DNA of 64,000 nt from Bigelowiella natans CCMP2755 (Eukaryota; Protista; Cercozoa): contig ADNK01000443.1 in the NCBI GenBank assembly GCA_000320545.1, positions 1 through 64,000 of the forward strand, given 5' to 3'. Positions within the stretch are counted from its first letter, which is position 1. Every line of letters begins with the position of its first letter. The notes beneath the pieces are model-generated. The model made no database searches. It was not told the origin of the DNA and was given only the letters and a program-made list of their open reading frames with translations. Positions 36,820 to 50,755 of the stretch are shown in pieces. Position numbers and translations under genes: made by a program.

Positions 36820-39494
36820 ATGCGAAGGGCTCTGCGACAGAGGAAGGACTGGGTTGTGCTGCTGCTATGCATGATTGCGGTATCCTTGTGCAGAGAAAGA
36901 GGCCCGGAGGAGAGGGGCCGGGTATCTGGTCTAACCTCAGGAAAGGCAGCAGCAAGGAAAGCTGCAGGACAATCGCGTGGCAAAGCTGACGACGGCAGTC
37001 GCAGATCCACGTCGAAGTTTGGACCCATCCCTGTCTCACAACGGATTCGAACGCGTCTTGACGCGCTCGGTCTCTCTCATCCTACCGCCATCCAGAAGGC
37101 AGCCATGCTTCGGATACTCGACCGGAACAACACCGTGATTCACGCAGGTTATTTCATACTACATACTGCAGTCTCTCTTCACCTAGTGATGATGATAATG
37201 ATGATGATGATGATGATGATGTTGCGTTATGGTGTGAGGCGGCGCATGCAGTAATCTTTAACGACGGAGAATATCGATGATCCTGCCTCCGTAGCAGAGC
37301 ACAGCCTCTACTGGAGTAGGAGGATAATCGTTGTCTTCTGTCGTCAAAAAAGCTATATGAACGCTATATGAGCTAATATGCTGTGGAAATGGAACGCCAT
37401 TCTTCACTGTTGGAATGGGGTTCACCTTTACTCCCAGCTCCATCCTGTTTGAAAGGCTTTTCTTTCCACAAGAATTAAAAACAATTAAACACAACCATCA
37501 ACGACAACAGAAACGGGGAGTGGGAAGACCCTCGCCTACTTATTGCCCCTCTTGAGCCGCTGGGAACAAAACGATGTAGTTTCGAGGCATCGAGCCAGCA
37601 GCACCAACAGAACTGGCCGTGGTGGTAGCAGCAACGACAGCTGTGGAAGGCATATTAGTCGCCCTTTGATCATGGTTGTGGCCCCCTCGCCTGAGCTGGC
37701 AGAGCAAGTTGGGAAGTGGGTCGAGGGAATTCATCCGGATGGAGAAGGCGGAAAGCGAGCGCGGGGAGGAGGAAGAGGGGGGGAAGCTGTAAACTGCCAG
37801 CGGGCGTCTGTTGTCGTCACCTCGAGTACCAACATTGAGCCAATGTCCGTTAGTTTAATTTTTTATCGTCATGAGCATCAGTAGCAGCATCATTATCATC
37901 ATCATATTTATTCGCGACGTCGTCGTTTTTCATCGAATGTTCTTCTCCCCCAATTTATTCCACAACACACTACTTTCGGACTTCCTTTTCGCCATCATCC
38001 ATCAGCACCACCACCACTGATGAGGAGAGTATCATAGGAGAAAGGAAGAAGAAGAAGAAGAAGGAGGAGGGAATTGAGAGAAGAGAATGAGGACAGAGAA
38101 ACAGTTGAGACGATGGAAGAGTCTTCTCATCTGTAGAAACACGCATGATGCACAAACTGGTGGAATGTCAATTTGCACTCCTACAAATCTCACCCTCCCC
38201 CCCTCTTCCACTATTTCTGCATCCTCATCCTCATGGTTCATCCGAAACAACCTTAGAACCGAGCTGCTCACCGACGAGGCCAACGTAAGTAGTAGCCGTA
38301 GAATAGTTGTGGACGACGACATCACGACTGTGACAAGAAATCAATCAATCAGTCGATCGAGGACAACCTAGAGAGATAAAGGAATCATATATGTGTTATG
38401 CTTCTCCCCTCTGCTGCCATCACGACCTCAGAGAATATATCTCTTTCCATGTTTCTATGCATCTCTCTTTCGCTCGCACCCACACACGCCGCCAATACAC
38501 GTATTAGAGATCCTCTCTGTGGGCATTGATTGGCACTCCAGTGGGGTTGTATAAGCTACTCCGGAGGCAAATGTGCAAGGACGCCATCCTCCCAAACATC
38601 GATGCTATCGTGCTGGATGAGGCAGACAGGTTAGAGTAATAGGCGCTGTTGTTGCTTTGCAGTTAGCGTGATTGATATATGCATATTATAATATTATGTG
38701 CCTTTATTGGCTACTACCTCAGCTTCGCATCAATCATTTTCTTTCCTCCCTTTCTTCTTCTTCTTCTTCTTCCTCCTCCTCCTCCTTGTTCCGTAATCCC
38801 CCTCCCCCGTCAGCTACATCCCCGAGTCACTTCCTTCTAACAAAGCTTCACTGAAACTGCTGGGCTTGGTAAGGAGCCTACCCCCCCCCCCCCCCCCCCC
38901 CTTTCCCCCCACCCTCCGTGTCTGTAGCGATGACTGCTAAGTGAGGGGGGAGGATGGAGAAACGATCGTAAGTAAGGATCTATCTTACAGACGATTGGGG
39001 AGGGTTAGAAAAGAGAGGGGAAGCAGGCTGGGGCCAAGGAATACAAAAAGATCATCGTAGATGTTGAGAGTATATATTATCATCACCGCTATCATCACAT
39101 CATCATCATCATCATCATCGTCATCATCTATCTACGGCCGTACGCTTCCCTTTCCCCCCTCCTTTGTGACGCCATCATACATAGTTCAAGAAGAAACCGA
39201 GCGCAGCCATGCAAGTAGTGAAGGAGGATGCCATGAGAGCGGGTACGACTGCATGTTCAGATGAGAAGGAGGATGAGCAGGAGAATGAGGAGGAGGAGGA
39301 GGAGGAGGAGGAGGAGGAGGAGGAGGAAAAAGAGGCTCAACTTCGAGAAGGAGTACTCCCTCGCGGACGTCGTAGCAGCCTCGTCGATGTTCAGCTCATT
39401 TGCGCGTCGGCCACAATGCATGTGAGCGAATTCAACCTACATACTTACTTACTATCAATAAATCAATAGATTAATAAATTAATATGCGTTTTAT

Positions 39495-39533
<39 letters not shown>

Positions 39534-39590
39534 GTGTGTGTGTGTGTGTTCCTAAAAAAGAATCTTAAGAGATTGCATGAAATAATGCCG

Positions 39591-39621
<31 letters not shown>

Positions 39622-39786
39622 TGGTGATGGTGGTCCTGAACAGTGATGATTTAGCGTTGATTCGAAGCCACACACACACACACACATATACACACACTAT
39701 TTTCGCACAAGCATAATCTTGTCATTCAAAACATTGAATACGAATATTCGTGAGCATTTCCTTTGATGTATCCTCTCAAGAAATGA

Positions 39787-39821
<35 letters not shown>

Positions 39822-40042
39822 AACAACAAAAATGGTTTAGCGCCATCCATCCAAATGTGACATATTCTAAAATGCTGCTGCTCTACCTCTCTTTCTTCCT
39901 TTCCGTTTGCTTCTTAATTGAATGTATAATATAGGCGGCAACAAGGAAAGTGCTGTCTCGATTCCTCGGATATCGAAGAGTCGCGGTAATACTATTCACA
40001 CACCAGTTTTTTCATCATATAATATTTAAAATGTGATGTTAG

Positions 40043-40110
<68 letters not shown>

Positions 40111-40461
40111 GTGATATATGAATAGGATGCAGGAAAAGTGGTGACCTGTCCCCCGGCGCACCTTCCAAAGAAGTTCTATTGCATTAAGAGAGGCGTTGGA
40201 AATGTACTGCATCTAATAATACGTCAGTAGCGATCAACCTGGATAGATCTCTCCGGCTCAAGCCGCAAACTCGGAAGAACATACGTTGATATGTGCGATG
40301 CGCTTTGTTCGTGTTTTGTGCTTATTCTCCGTCTTTTGGTTTGCTCTTAATTCTTTGTCATCCTCCTCCATCAGGTGGGAATGGTAGCCCTCCTGAAACA
40401 CACCGCTGTGGTACCTACTTTTCATGGAAAAAAAGAGTATTTGAAAGAAACGACGACTACT

Positions 40462-40502
<41 letters not shown>

Positions 40503-40587
40503 CTCACGACTCGTCATCGCGGAAAACATCCGACGATTGCTGTCGTGTCCACACGCCTTATTGAAAAGATATATTTGGACTGCCGAA

Positions 40588-40635
<48 letters not shown>

Positions 40636-41692
40636 CGTGTGTGTCAGGTGTGCAGAGGGAGGTCCAGCAGCAGTAGCAGTATCAATAGCGACAACAACAA
40701 CGCCAATGGTGAAGTGGCGACAAGCACAACGGCAACCGCCCCCCCCACCGACGAAGATAGTAACCACGCCGTTCTGTTTGACATGCTCGGTCAAGTGTGG
40801 AATGCGACACGTCCTGAGAGGGCTTTCATCATCTTTCGAGACCATAAGCGCCTAACGCATAGTAAGGTACTAGCTGTGGCTGTCGTACTAGTAGAAGTAG
40901 TAGTAGTAATTGCTGCCAGTGTGATTCCAGTGTACAACCTCCTCCTCCTTCCCCTCCTCCTCCTCCTCCTCCTCCTAGGCTGTAGCTCTGGCTCGGAAGT
41001 GTATACAATCCAAGGGAGTGGCACCTTACTCCGCTGAAATGACTCTTAGCAACATGACAAGAATCTGGCCTTCCCCATCCACACGTGCCGTCATTGCCAG
41101 CTTCAGAGCGGCGAGGGGTCTTGATCTCCGAGATGTCAACCACGTTTTCATCCTGGGAGTACCTCCAACCCCCGACGACTACTTGCACCTTGCTGGGAGG
41201 GCAGGGAGGGAGGGGAGGAAAGGCACGGTGAGGGCTAGCGAGCAGAAAGAGAGAGAAAGAGAGTGAGAGAGGGAGAGGGAGAGGTTGCCGCTACTTCAGC
41301 GCCACCCCATACAATCATCCCCGTCACGGCTGCAAGTTGTTTGGGCCGTGGTGTTGTCATCGTCTCAACCCCCCCCCCCCCCCCACTCTTTCCTCATGGA
41401 ATCAAACACCATCTCATTATGCCATGATCCGCCATAAAATGCACAGGTGATAACGATAGCCACTGAACCTGAAATCTCCGTGTTGAAGGCACATGCAATG
41501 GCGCTGGGGGTTCCTTTGAACGTCGTTGATCTGGAAAAAGAGGTCAAGATACGTGAGAGGCATGCGAGGCGCGAAGCAGTTCAGGCCGAGCTTGTTCGTA
41601 GATGCCAGGAAAAGATGACAGCAGAGGAATTAGCACTAGATGTGTCACAAAGCCAGCAGCGTCAGCAGAAACGCCGCCGGCGGTCATCTTAG
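36820..41692 (+). CDS. DEAD-box RNA helicase with a probable bipartite plastid-targeting leader
   Basis: Spliced motifs in order: PTAIQ, AETGSGKT (split across 37147/37511), VAPSPELAEQ, IGTP, VLDEAD (~38610-38627), SAT, ARGLD and YLHLAGRAGR. Hydrophobic N-terminus WVVLLLCMIAVSLC followed by a basic segment. Confidence 0.92.
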
Positions 41693-42765
41693 TTACATAT
41701 GCCATGTGCCATGCCGCGAGACATGTCCAGATGTTGCATTGTAGGCGTTGGTGTGCTGACAATGCATGCTCATGCAGTATGGGCAAGGCCGGATGTGACA
41801 TATCTGATATGCGGGGCATATGCATATAACTATATATCAGAAAAGCTCTTGCTAACTCGCACTGGAAATTGCAGTGAATGAAACGGCATAGCATATGTAG
41901 TCATCGATCACATGCGCAGTCATTTATTGCCATGCTACGTACTGTGATATGATATAGCTACGGTTGATGTCCCTCTGTCTATCTGTATCTATCTAGTTAT
42001 GGCGCTATGAAGCAACACTGCTGATGCATCACACGTAGCATAGTTACGACACAGCAGCAGCAGTCTAATTAAAATAAGGTGCCTTCGACGAATACCTAGA
42101 TACGTACTAGCTAGCTAGCGTACGATGCGCTGCGTGATAGCCTATAGCAGCAGCAAAAATTAGCAGTATTTTAATAATGTTGCACATTTTATAGATTAGT
42201 GACGAACACAGCGAAGTGCAGGCGCACGCGGGAAATAATGGAATCGAGTGAAAACGTAGATAAATCTTGAGTAGTATAGCTAGCAGTATGTGATAGAATG
42301 TCACATCGAGCCACAATGACGCTTTACAGTTATTACTTTAGTCAACACGCCGTATCTATGGGAAATATTATGGCAAACAGGTAATTTGCTTCACCGGACA
42401 GCGACTATTCGTGTACGGATGGAATCGCGAGGAATCAAGAGGAGAGTAGAGAGAGTGGCTCACTATTCTCACTATATACAGAAAAAATATTGTAGTAACT
42501 ATTTTCTTTGTTATTAACAAACAATTGATTTTTTTTCCAGATGATGCACTATTACTGCTCTTGCTGCTGCTGCTGCTACTGCTGCGGTTATGTCCTTCGT
42601 CCTTCGCTACCAATCTGCTCTTTGCACCTTCTTTGAAGCTGATTTCTCGTCTAAATTTGCTCGAAGCAGACTAGCATCGAGTGTTTGTGGAGTTGGAGGG
42701 AGGTGCTGTTGTGCTCCTGCCTTCTAATGGCAGCAATTAACTTCTAACGGATGATGCTTGTGAGC

Positions 42766-43495
42766 CTAAATGGATGACGATGGAAGAGGCGGGGTCAAGC
42801 AAACAGGGTTCTTCGCCTCGGGGAACACGATGTAGCCGTAGGACAACGGGGGCAGGACAAGCTCTTTGCTCCTACGATGGCAGAACATTGTTAGCATTAT
42901 TATTAGCAGTAGTTGTTGTAGTAGTAGTAGAGCTGCTGTTTGGTGTGTGCGTGTGCGTGTGTGCGTGTTTTTTCTCGATTTGTTTTCTTTCATCGTATTT
43001 TCTTGTTTGGATTTGTACTCGCGACGATGCGAAACGATCGAGCATTGTTGCCATTTAATGTACTCTCCTCCTCCTCCTCCTCTCTCTATAATGTCTCGCA
43101 CCTATCGAAGATCCAATTAGGCGGAAGCACAGGGATTTGGTCGTTCAACACTCGGAGAGTCTTTCCTGAAAGAAGAAGAAGAAGAAGAAGAAGAAGAAGA
43201 AGAAGGAGAGTCAACAACGTGCATTTTTAGAGCGTTTTCTTCTTCTTTTTTGATTCACTTCTCGATGTGTCCCAAGGAAATCATAAGCATCTTCGTTTAA
43301 GTATTTCGTCATCGTCATCATCATCGTCATCAATACCGTTCAGCTGCACTTGATGCGAATAGAGGCCGAGGTGTCGGTCCTTTCTCCTACAAATTACAAC
43401 AACAACAACAACAATAACAACAACATCGTGTCCCATAATACGAATTATGAGCTATACTACTGTGTCAGCGATATTCCATCGACACTATTGCATAC

Positions 43496-43530
<35 letters not shown>

Positions 43531-44571
43531 CGACGTTGTACATATAGAGCAGCACACATACAGTGGAAAAACTACATGCATACAATGGCAATCTACTTAA
43601 TAACGAGCAATGGTTCGCTCACTACCGGGGAGACTGGAGAACGTACTCTGCCCTGATGCCTAGATTCAGTCCTGATTACGTTATTGTTGTTGTTGTTGTT
43701 GTTTTGGCGAATATGATCGCATATTGCGGCTTTGATATAACGAGCGTTGTGCACGTTGTAGTAGTAGTAGTAGCAGTAGTAGTGATGATTGGGTGTCACT
43801 ATTATTATCATTACTATTAATCCCCCTCTTCAAGACGGCTCTGCTGATGCTGCTGCTGCAACCACAACCCCCTCACTAATTCACCAACGACATAAAATAC
43901 GCGACTACTGAGAATAGCCCCCGCCCCCCACCCCCCACCTGTGATGTTGATAGTGTGGTACACGTGCGTGCTGAGGTTGATGAAGGCCAGGGTTACGGAG
44001 CCCTAGCAGCAGTCAGTGGAAAGCAACATCATGATCATAAGTCAAACCAACATTCATCATGGAGAGAACACGGAAAGAGAAGGAGGAGGAAGAAGGAGAA
44101 TAAAGGAGAAGATGATCCAAGACGATGATGACGGGCCTGCTTCTAGCGTCATTACGATCACGTTATAATAACTATATAATACGAATGTCCACATGATGCT
44201 GCGTATCATACCCGTTTGCTAATCACGTGCTCCTCCAGGAACCATCGATGTGTGCAGTGAGCGTATACACTAACACCAACAACACCACCACCACCAACAA
44301 CAACAACGGAATGTTATTTTAGTCATCATCCACCCATCCACCCACCCACCCCCATCAGCATCATCAATCATCACCACCACGCCGACTACCAATAAGTAAC
44401 CGAATTATTCAAAAATGAATGGTGCTGGAACTTCTTCCACAACAGGATAACGTCGACGACTACAGGATTTGAAGTCAAGGGGAAAGGGGCATCTTCCCCT
44501 CCCTTGCTCTAAACTTCCATGCGTGTATGTAATATTGGAAACAACAAACGATGATGACTAGTGCTTTTTGT

Positions 44572-44624
<53 letters not shown>

Positions 44625-45103
44625 GGATGGAGTTTGCCACGTACTGAGGGGTTTGGGCGTCGCTCTTGTGCTTATAATGCGTGTCAAATACCTGCATTAT
44701 TGATAAATGAGAGCAGCAGCGATATTGCCAGTTGCCCCAGGTTAGCCGCGGCAAGTCCGATAAATAACAACGACGAAGAACAGAAAATCCTCATCATGCG
44801 ACAACGTCGATAAAGAGTAGTCGTAGTTGTAGTTGTAGTTGTAGTAGTAGTAGTAGTAGTAGTAGCAATAGAAGAAGAAGAAGTAGCAGTAAAAGCTGCA
44901 GCAGCTGCAGAGTAGTATTAGTATTAGTAGTAGTAGTAGTAGTAGTAGTAGTATTGGCGTGCTTTATAATACGGAGCAAACAAGATGAGGCAGACCTCTG
45001 CGCTTAGAACTTTCCTCCCCATGAGGCGGTTCCACAAGAGCGCCGTGTAATAGTCAGGATTTACGTGCATGGTGGTGATGTTTATCATCCCGTAGTAGCC
45101 TTG

Positions 45104-45134
<31 letters not shown>

Positions 45135-45450
45135 CATTATCAAGCAGCTGGACAGACATGAAGAAGAACAATAATCGCCCTGCTGCTTTCGTCGATGATG
45201 ACAATTTCTCTTTTAAAAATTGCGCTGGTACGGCTTTAGGAAGTGTATATGGAAGAGGGGGTGGGGGGGGAGGAGGAGGAGGAGCGCAGCAAAAAAGCGG
45301 AAGGGGTGTTTACTTGTTGCGTGTGTGTGTTTTAGATGCATCAATACCGCCAATGAGCGTCTGTCTACAGTATGACTGGTGGCTTTGCAGAGCCTGATTA
45401 TTGTGTGAAATTATTGATATTTGCGGTGTAAATATTCACCAACATAATTA

Positions 45451-45498
<48 letters not shown>

Positions 45499-45735
45499 TT
45501 GCAAGTAGTAGCAGTATAGTGGTAGTAGTGGTACTACCATCATGCCGAGTTGGTCAAGAAACCAAAACCCAGAAATGAACGAGTTCGTGTATAGATTCCG
45601 CCCTGATCATGATGAGTGATGATGATGATGATGATGATGATGATATATATCATCGATCTAAAATTATGCATAAACAATAGATACACATCACTGTATGGGT
45701 TGTGTGCGTGTGTGCGAATACTTGTCCTTAAGCAG

Positions 45736-45768
<33 letters not shown>

Positions 45769-45862
45769 GTCAGTAGCAGCAGCAGTAAGAGACCACTCAC
45801 CGCTGTTAAATGCCCCCCCCCCTTCACCGCACCATAGTTGGAAATCCCTGCAACGCAATACG

Positions 45863-45897
<35 letters not shown>

Positions 45898-46417
45898 CGC
45901 ACACACACTCATTTAGCAGCAGTACGTTTGTTGTCGAAAAAGGGTGGGGTGGAGGGGGAGGGGGAGGGAGTGGGAAGTTCTTGGCAGCAGCATGCATTCT
46001 CAAATCGGGTACGTGTGTGCATACGCAATCGAACCAAACGGCAGCAGCAGCAGCAGCAGCACAATGTTTACTTGTTCTGGCCGCCATTCCTTAGCGTATT
46101 CACGTAAAGCTGGACATTGTCCGTTGTAACGTGCAGAGTCGAAAGCTGTGCAGAGAGTGAAGAAGAAGAAGAATGAATTAATGAATGAATGAATGAATGA
46201 AGGAATGCGTGATGGTGCGCGGAAATGAGGATCGTATCATCGGTAAGACGTCTACGGCATCACTATTATAAGCGCCATAGAGATTATTGTTATTACTTAT
46301 CTTCTTCATTATCATGCTCATTTCCCACCAAAGGCCACGAAGTCACATACTCTCCATCAACCCACTACTACCACTTCACACCCTCCCCCCCCCCCCCAAC
46401 GCACGCACGCACACACA

Positions 46418-46471
<54 letters not shown>

Positions 46472-46866
46472 CAAAGTACGTGCCTTGGTTGCATTGAGCA
46501 TGTGGTCAGTCATATTTGGATTTAGCAAAGGAGAACCAGGCCCTGCGTCGGTATAACATACATAACACACACGACGATGACGACGACGATGAAAAAGCAA
46601 AACGAGAAGCGAGGAGGAGGTGATGATCATGAATGACAAGACGACATCTCATTCTGGTAGTGCCTAATGCGCATGTGAGTAATTGAGTGAGTGAGTGAGT
46701 GAGTGTGCGTGCGTGCGTGTGTGTGTCTGTGTGTGTGTGTGTGTGTGTGTGTCTTTGTGTGCATAGCATATGCGCAGAGACTAGATATTACCAAGAGAGT
46801 AGATGTGGTACGTGAAGACATCGATCATCTGGAAAAGCATTCCAACGAGATGAGATGTGCCCATGG

Positions 46867-46898
<32 letters not shown>

Positions 46899-48310
46899 GG
46901 GAGATGAGGATGACGACTAATCATGCTGATAATTATCAGTAAGAAACCAAAAATGCTGGAGGGCGAGGAGAGCAGTGGCTGGACGATTATTTCTTATCAT
47001 ACAGGCAACAACGCACAAGATCTACTACATCGTCGTCGTCGTCGTCGTCATCATCATCATCATCAATATCATCAATATCATCGATCATCGCATAATACGT
47101 GAAGATCTTTCCCAAGCTCCACAGCGAATTCAAGGTACCTGATATGTTGTTGTTATTGTTGTTGTTGTTGTCGGCACACATTAGATTCATATAGTACAAC
47201 AAACAAACAACAAAAGCAAGAGAGAACAAGGACGACGGAGAGAAAACCGCAGCATGCGGCGAACTCCTTCGATTGATCTGTTGTTTGTTCCCGTGGTGGT
47301 AACGATGAAGGGCAATAATCATCACCATCGGCACCTCCACTTCACATGAATATGATGGATAATTTTGAGTTCTCCTCCATCGTCTTCTCTCATTCATTCG
47401 CATAGCTATATAATAGCGGCTCATGTGTGTTGCTTTTGCTAGCTGGTGGGGGTGGGGGTGCCGATGTGTTGTCGTACCACTCCATATCAAATACAGACGA
47501 GTCAGGTCCAATCTAAAAGAAGGCGGATGATAATGATGATGATGATGACGATGACGACGATGATGATGATAATAGTGATGATGGTGATGCTAATGATGCA
47601 GAGGAGGGAGGAGGGAAGGGTGTGTGCATGGAAGAAGAAGAGAGAAAAAGATGCTTCAGCAGCCAGAATCATAGATGCTGCTCCACCGCTAGCTAGGAAG
47701 AACCGAAAACAGCCATGGATTTTTTGACCCGCGACGCGGCGGCCAAACCATCATCGCTGTTTTCGCGAATGAAAGAAATGTCGATCGCGAATGCTGTGCT
47801 GTTGTTGATTCTGAGTTGATGTCGCTTATGATGTTCCTATCGATGGGAAAACTATCGTTCATTTCTGCTGCTGCTGCTGCTGCTGCTATATTCCTACGAT
47901 AAGCGGCCGTGATTCCTTCGATGGCCAGAGACTAGCGACCTGATGCGCGATGATACCAATAATCATTTTTTAATTACAAAACGAGAAAAAGGACAAGATC
48001 ATAAGCAATACTATTGCCTCGTTCAGAGCCTCTCGGGCTCGCACATCGACGAGGAAGATTCAGGTGCGACATGCATACAACACAATACAATACAATACAA
48101 TACAATACATACAACAACACGCACGATAAAGCACATAATTGGCCGCGATGTGGGGGGAGAGAATCGTCGGTTTTCCTCCCCCGTCAGCAGTCCAACAACT
48201 CCGACCAGGCACTGGTTGCAGATTGAAGATGATGATGATGTGCATCGATGATCCAGAGAGACACGGATGATGGATGGTCATTTCGGGGCTTTTGGAATGC
48301 ATTACTACCG

Positions 48311-48345
<35 letters not shown>

Positions 48346-48896
48346 GCAGCAGCAAGATTGGTAACAAACCATCGCGTGCAGCTTGCGGAATGCCCTGGCC
48401 ATCTAAGGGTGTCAGTCACGGGAAGACGTTACTAATGTTAGAATCATCATCGTCATCATCATCATCATCATCATCATTCATCTTCATCATCATCATTCGT
48501 CGTTGTCGTCGTCATCATCGCCGCACGTACGGTATTTGTGGGAACGCGAGCGCCCACTCCGTGAGCTATGTCGATCTGTGAGCAGTGACCAATCAGACGA
48601 TGATCGATGATGAAGGAGGGAAAAGGAGGAGACGGAAACCAACAACAGAAGGTCAAAAATACGATAATGATACGATGTGATCACGATGAAGATTCACAGA
48701 AGCTCTCAGACACACACACACCACACCGCACATATATACATGTTAATATCTTGTATGCGAAGGGAGAGGAGGGGAAGGGAGCAATGTTGTCATGTCCACC
48801 AGCACCAGCACCAGCACCTCATTTCCGAGCTCAAATCCAAGGATGTCGTACTCCTGAGCCCTTGTGTACTGTAAGAAGGCCTAATAGACGACGGTA

Positions 48897-48927
<31 letters not shown>

Positions 48928-49231
48928 GATGATGATGATATCAATCAATGCCGACCACCATACAGCACATCATTTTCTGTTCTCATACGCCATGTCACCT
49001 CGACGTTTTTGTAGTCCCACTCCCCTCCCCTCCAGAAGGGATCTTCGGGCTAATATATTGATAAGGCAGCAGGTTGTTACGCACTGACTTTATGATGGTC
49101 ATATACCCCCCTCCCTCCCCTTCTTCTTCTCTACCTTCGATTTAAGGCCACCAGCGAGGTTCAGGTCGAACACAACGGAACAACCCAAGTCCTGTGAAGT
49201 ATGATACGCGCATTCGGTACTAATCTCTCTC

Positions 49232-49280
<49 letters not shown>

Positions 49281-49570
49281 AAGCACTCAGTAAATATGTC
49301 TGTCTGTCTCCGTGTCTGTGTGTGTATATATATCTGGTGTAACGCATACCCAGAAACCACCCTAGCGCACATGGCTACTGCTCTCAGGCTACCATTATCA
49401 TCATCACCATCATCATCATCATCATCATCACTACTACCACTACTATTACTACTACTACCCTGCAAAATTTATTGAGCTCGTCCCACCGTCCCATCGTCAG
49501 GCAGCCCCCTCGAAATCCTGGTGAGAGTAGATCCAGCTATATCATCATCATGATGCTCATGATGCTCATG

Positions 49571-49602
<32 letters not shown>

Positions 49603-49639
49603 ATATCTTACATTTTACACCACCCTCATCCTCATCCTC

Positions 49640-49670
<31 letters not shown>

Positions 49671-49926
49671 CCGAGAGGGTCGTCAGCGTCTGGCACGATA
49701 GGACGGCATTCTGGTGGAAGCTTCCCAGATGTCGTTGGAACCTGAGGTTGCGTTGTACGGTGCCAAGGGACATCCATCAACAACGACGCCACAATCACAC
49801 AGAGGCCGCAATCACACAAACTCGTACGCGGAGAAGATTAGTAAACAACCTTGTAGATGATGTGATCGGTGAGAGATCCTCCTGGCGTCGTTGTTTCGAA
49901 AATTCAGTCGATACGTTGAGAAAGAG

Positions 49927-49973
<47 letters not shown>

Positions 49974-50272
49974 AAGAAAAACTGTCTTCTATTGGTGTAG
50001 CGTCGTTTTCTTAAAATCTCAACCTAGCCTCAGAACCACAGGAGAAAGCGTTTTAACGGCACTAATTGAGTTATATGAATGATCTTGCTGCTGCTGATGC
50101 TGCTGCTGAAAACGACGATGATGTTGATGACGGCAATGATATTCTCATGCAAGATGATGATGATGATGATGGTGTTGATGATGATAAGGACGGCAACGAT
50201 ATTCTCATGCAACCCCGTGCGCTACTGTTCCCATTATCTTCACCCTACCTTCTGCTTTGGCGGTACATAGAG

Positions 50273-50309
<37 letters not shown>

Positions 50310-50755
50310 TGTACATATAGAACGATATGGACGCACATACTTTCGTAACAGAGGATGGTTCAAGTCCGCATTTAACATCGACGCATTGTGCCATGGACAG
50401 TGGCCGTAGTCGCATTTCTCCTACGTGAGATTAAATTTTTGGAGTGAGATGATGATTTTCACGACGACGATATCCTCTATGAGATGTCTTGCTTCTTGGA
50501 GAACCAAGAAGAAGAGGCAAATTATACGCAACGACTACTCCTTTGCATTGTATCTCCCAACAAAACAAAAGAAAATCCTCATTAGTAGAAAAACGAATTA
50601 TTTCTTTCGTTGCCTTTCACTGCAAGTAAGAGGGAATTATAAGAGGGAATTATAAGACTCGGTATTATGGGGTAGTACGTGTGTACGTACATACATACCG
50701 CGGGCCACCAGTCCATCGTCACGCAAACGAAATTTCCATTTGTAGTGCCAATCTG
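42766..50755 (-). CDS. Glycoside hydrolase family 79 (heparanase-like / beta-glucuronidase); 5' end unresolved, may extend to ~52300
   Basis: More than 20 micro-exons giving NFVCVTMDWWP, EKCDYGHCPW, LRLGGSLTD, GCLTMGRWDELNKF, GFELGNE (acid/base), LWCGEGGGAFNSG (nucleophile), FWFLDQLG, YCRQTLIGG, PDYYTALLWNRLMG, VYAHC and LPPLSYGYIVFP..C. Confidence 0.9.
42890..50320. repeat. Dense intronic microsatellites: (CA)n, (GA)n, (TA)n, (GAT)n, (GTA)n, (GAA)n, (CAG)n
   Basis: Directly visible in almost every intron of the GH79 gene. Similar tracts occur in the protease, AK9-like, helicase and RhoGAP introns. Confidence 0.95.

Noticed and set aside
50128-50212. Duplicated 24-mer gacggcaa(t/c)gatattctcatgcaa
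   Set aside because: Local slippage within a (GAT)n intron, with no sign of function.
42860-50320. Numerous poly-M, poly-D, poly-S and (HT)n or (RE)n ORFs
   Set aside because: Translations of intronic microsatellites.
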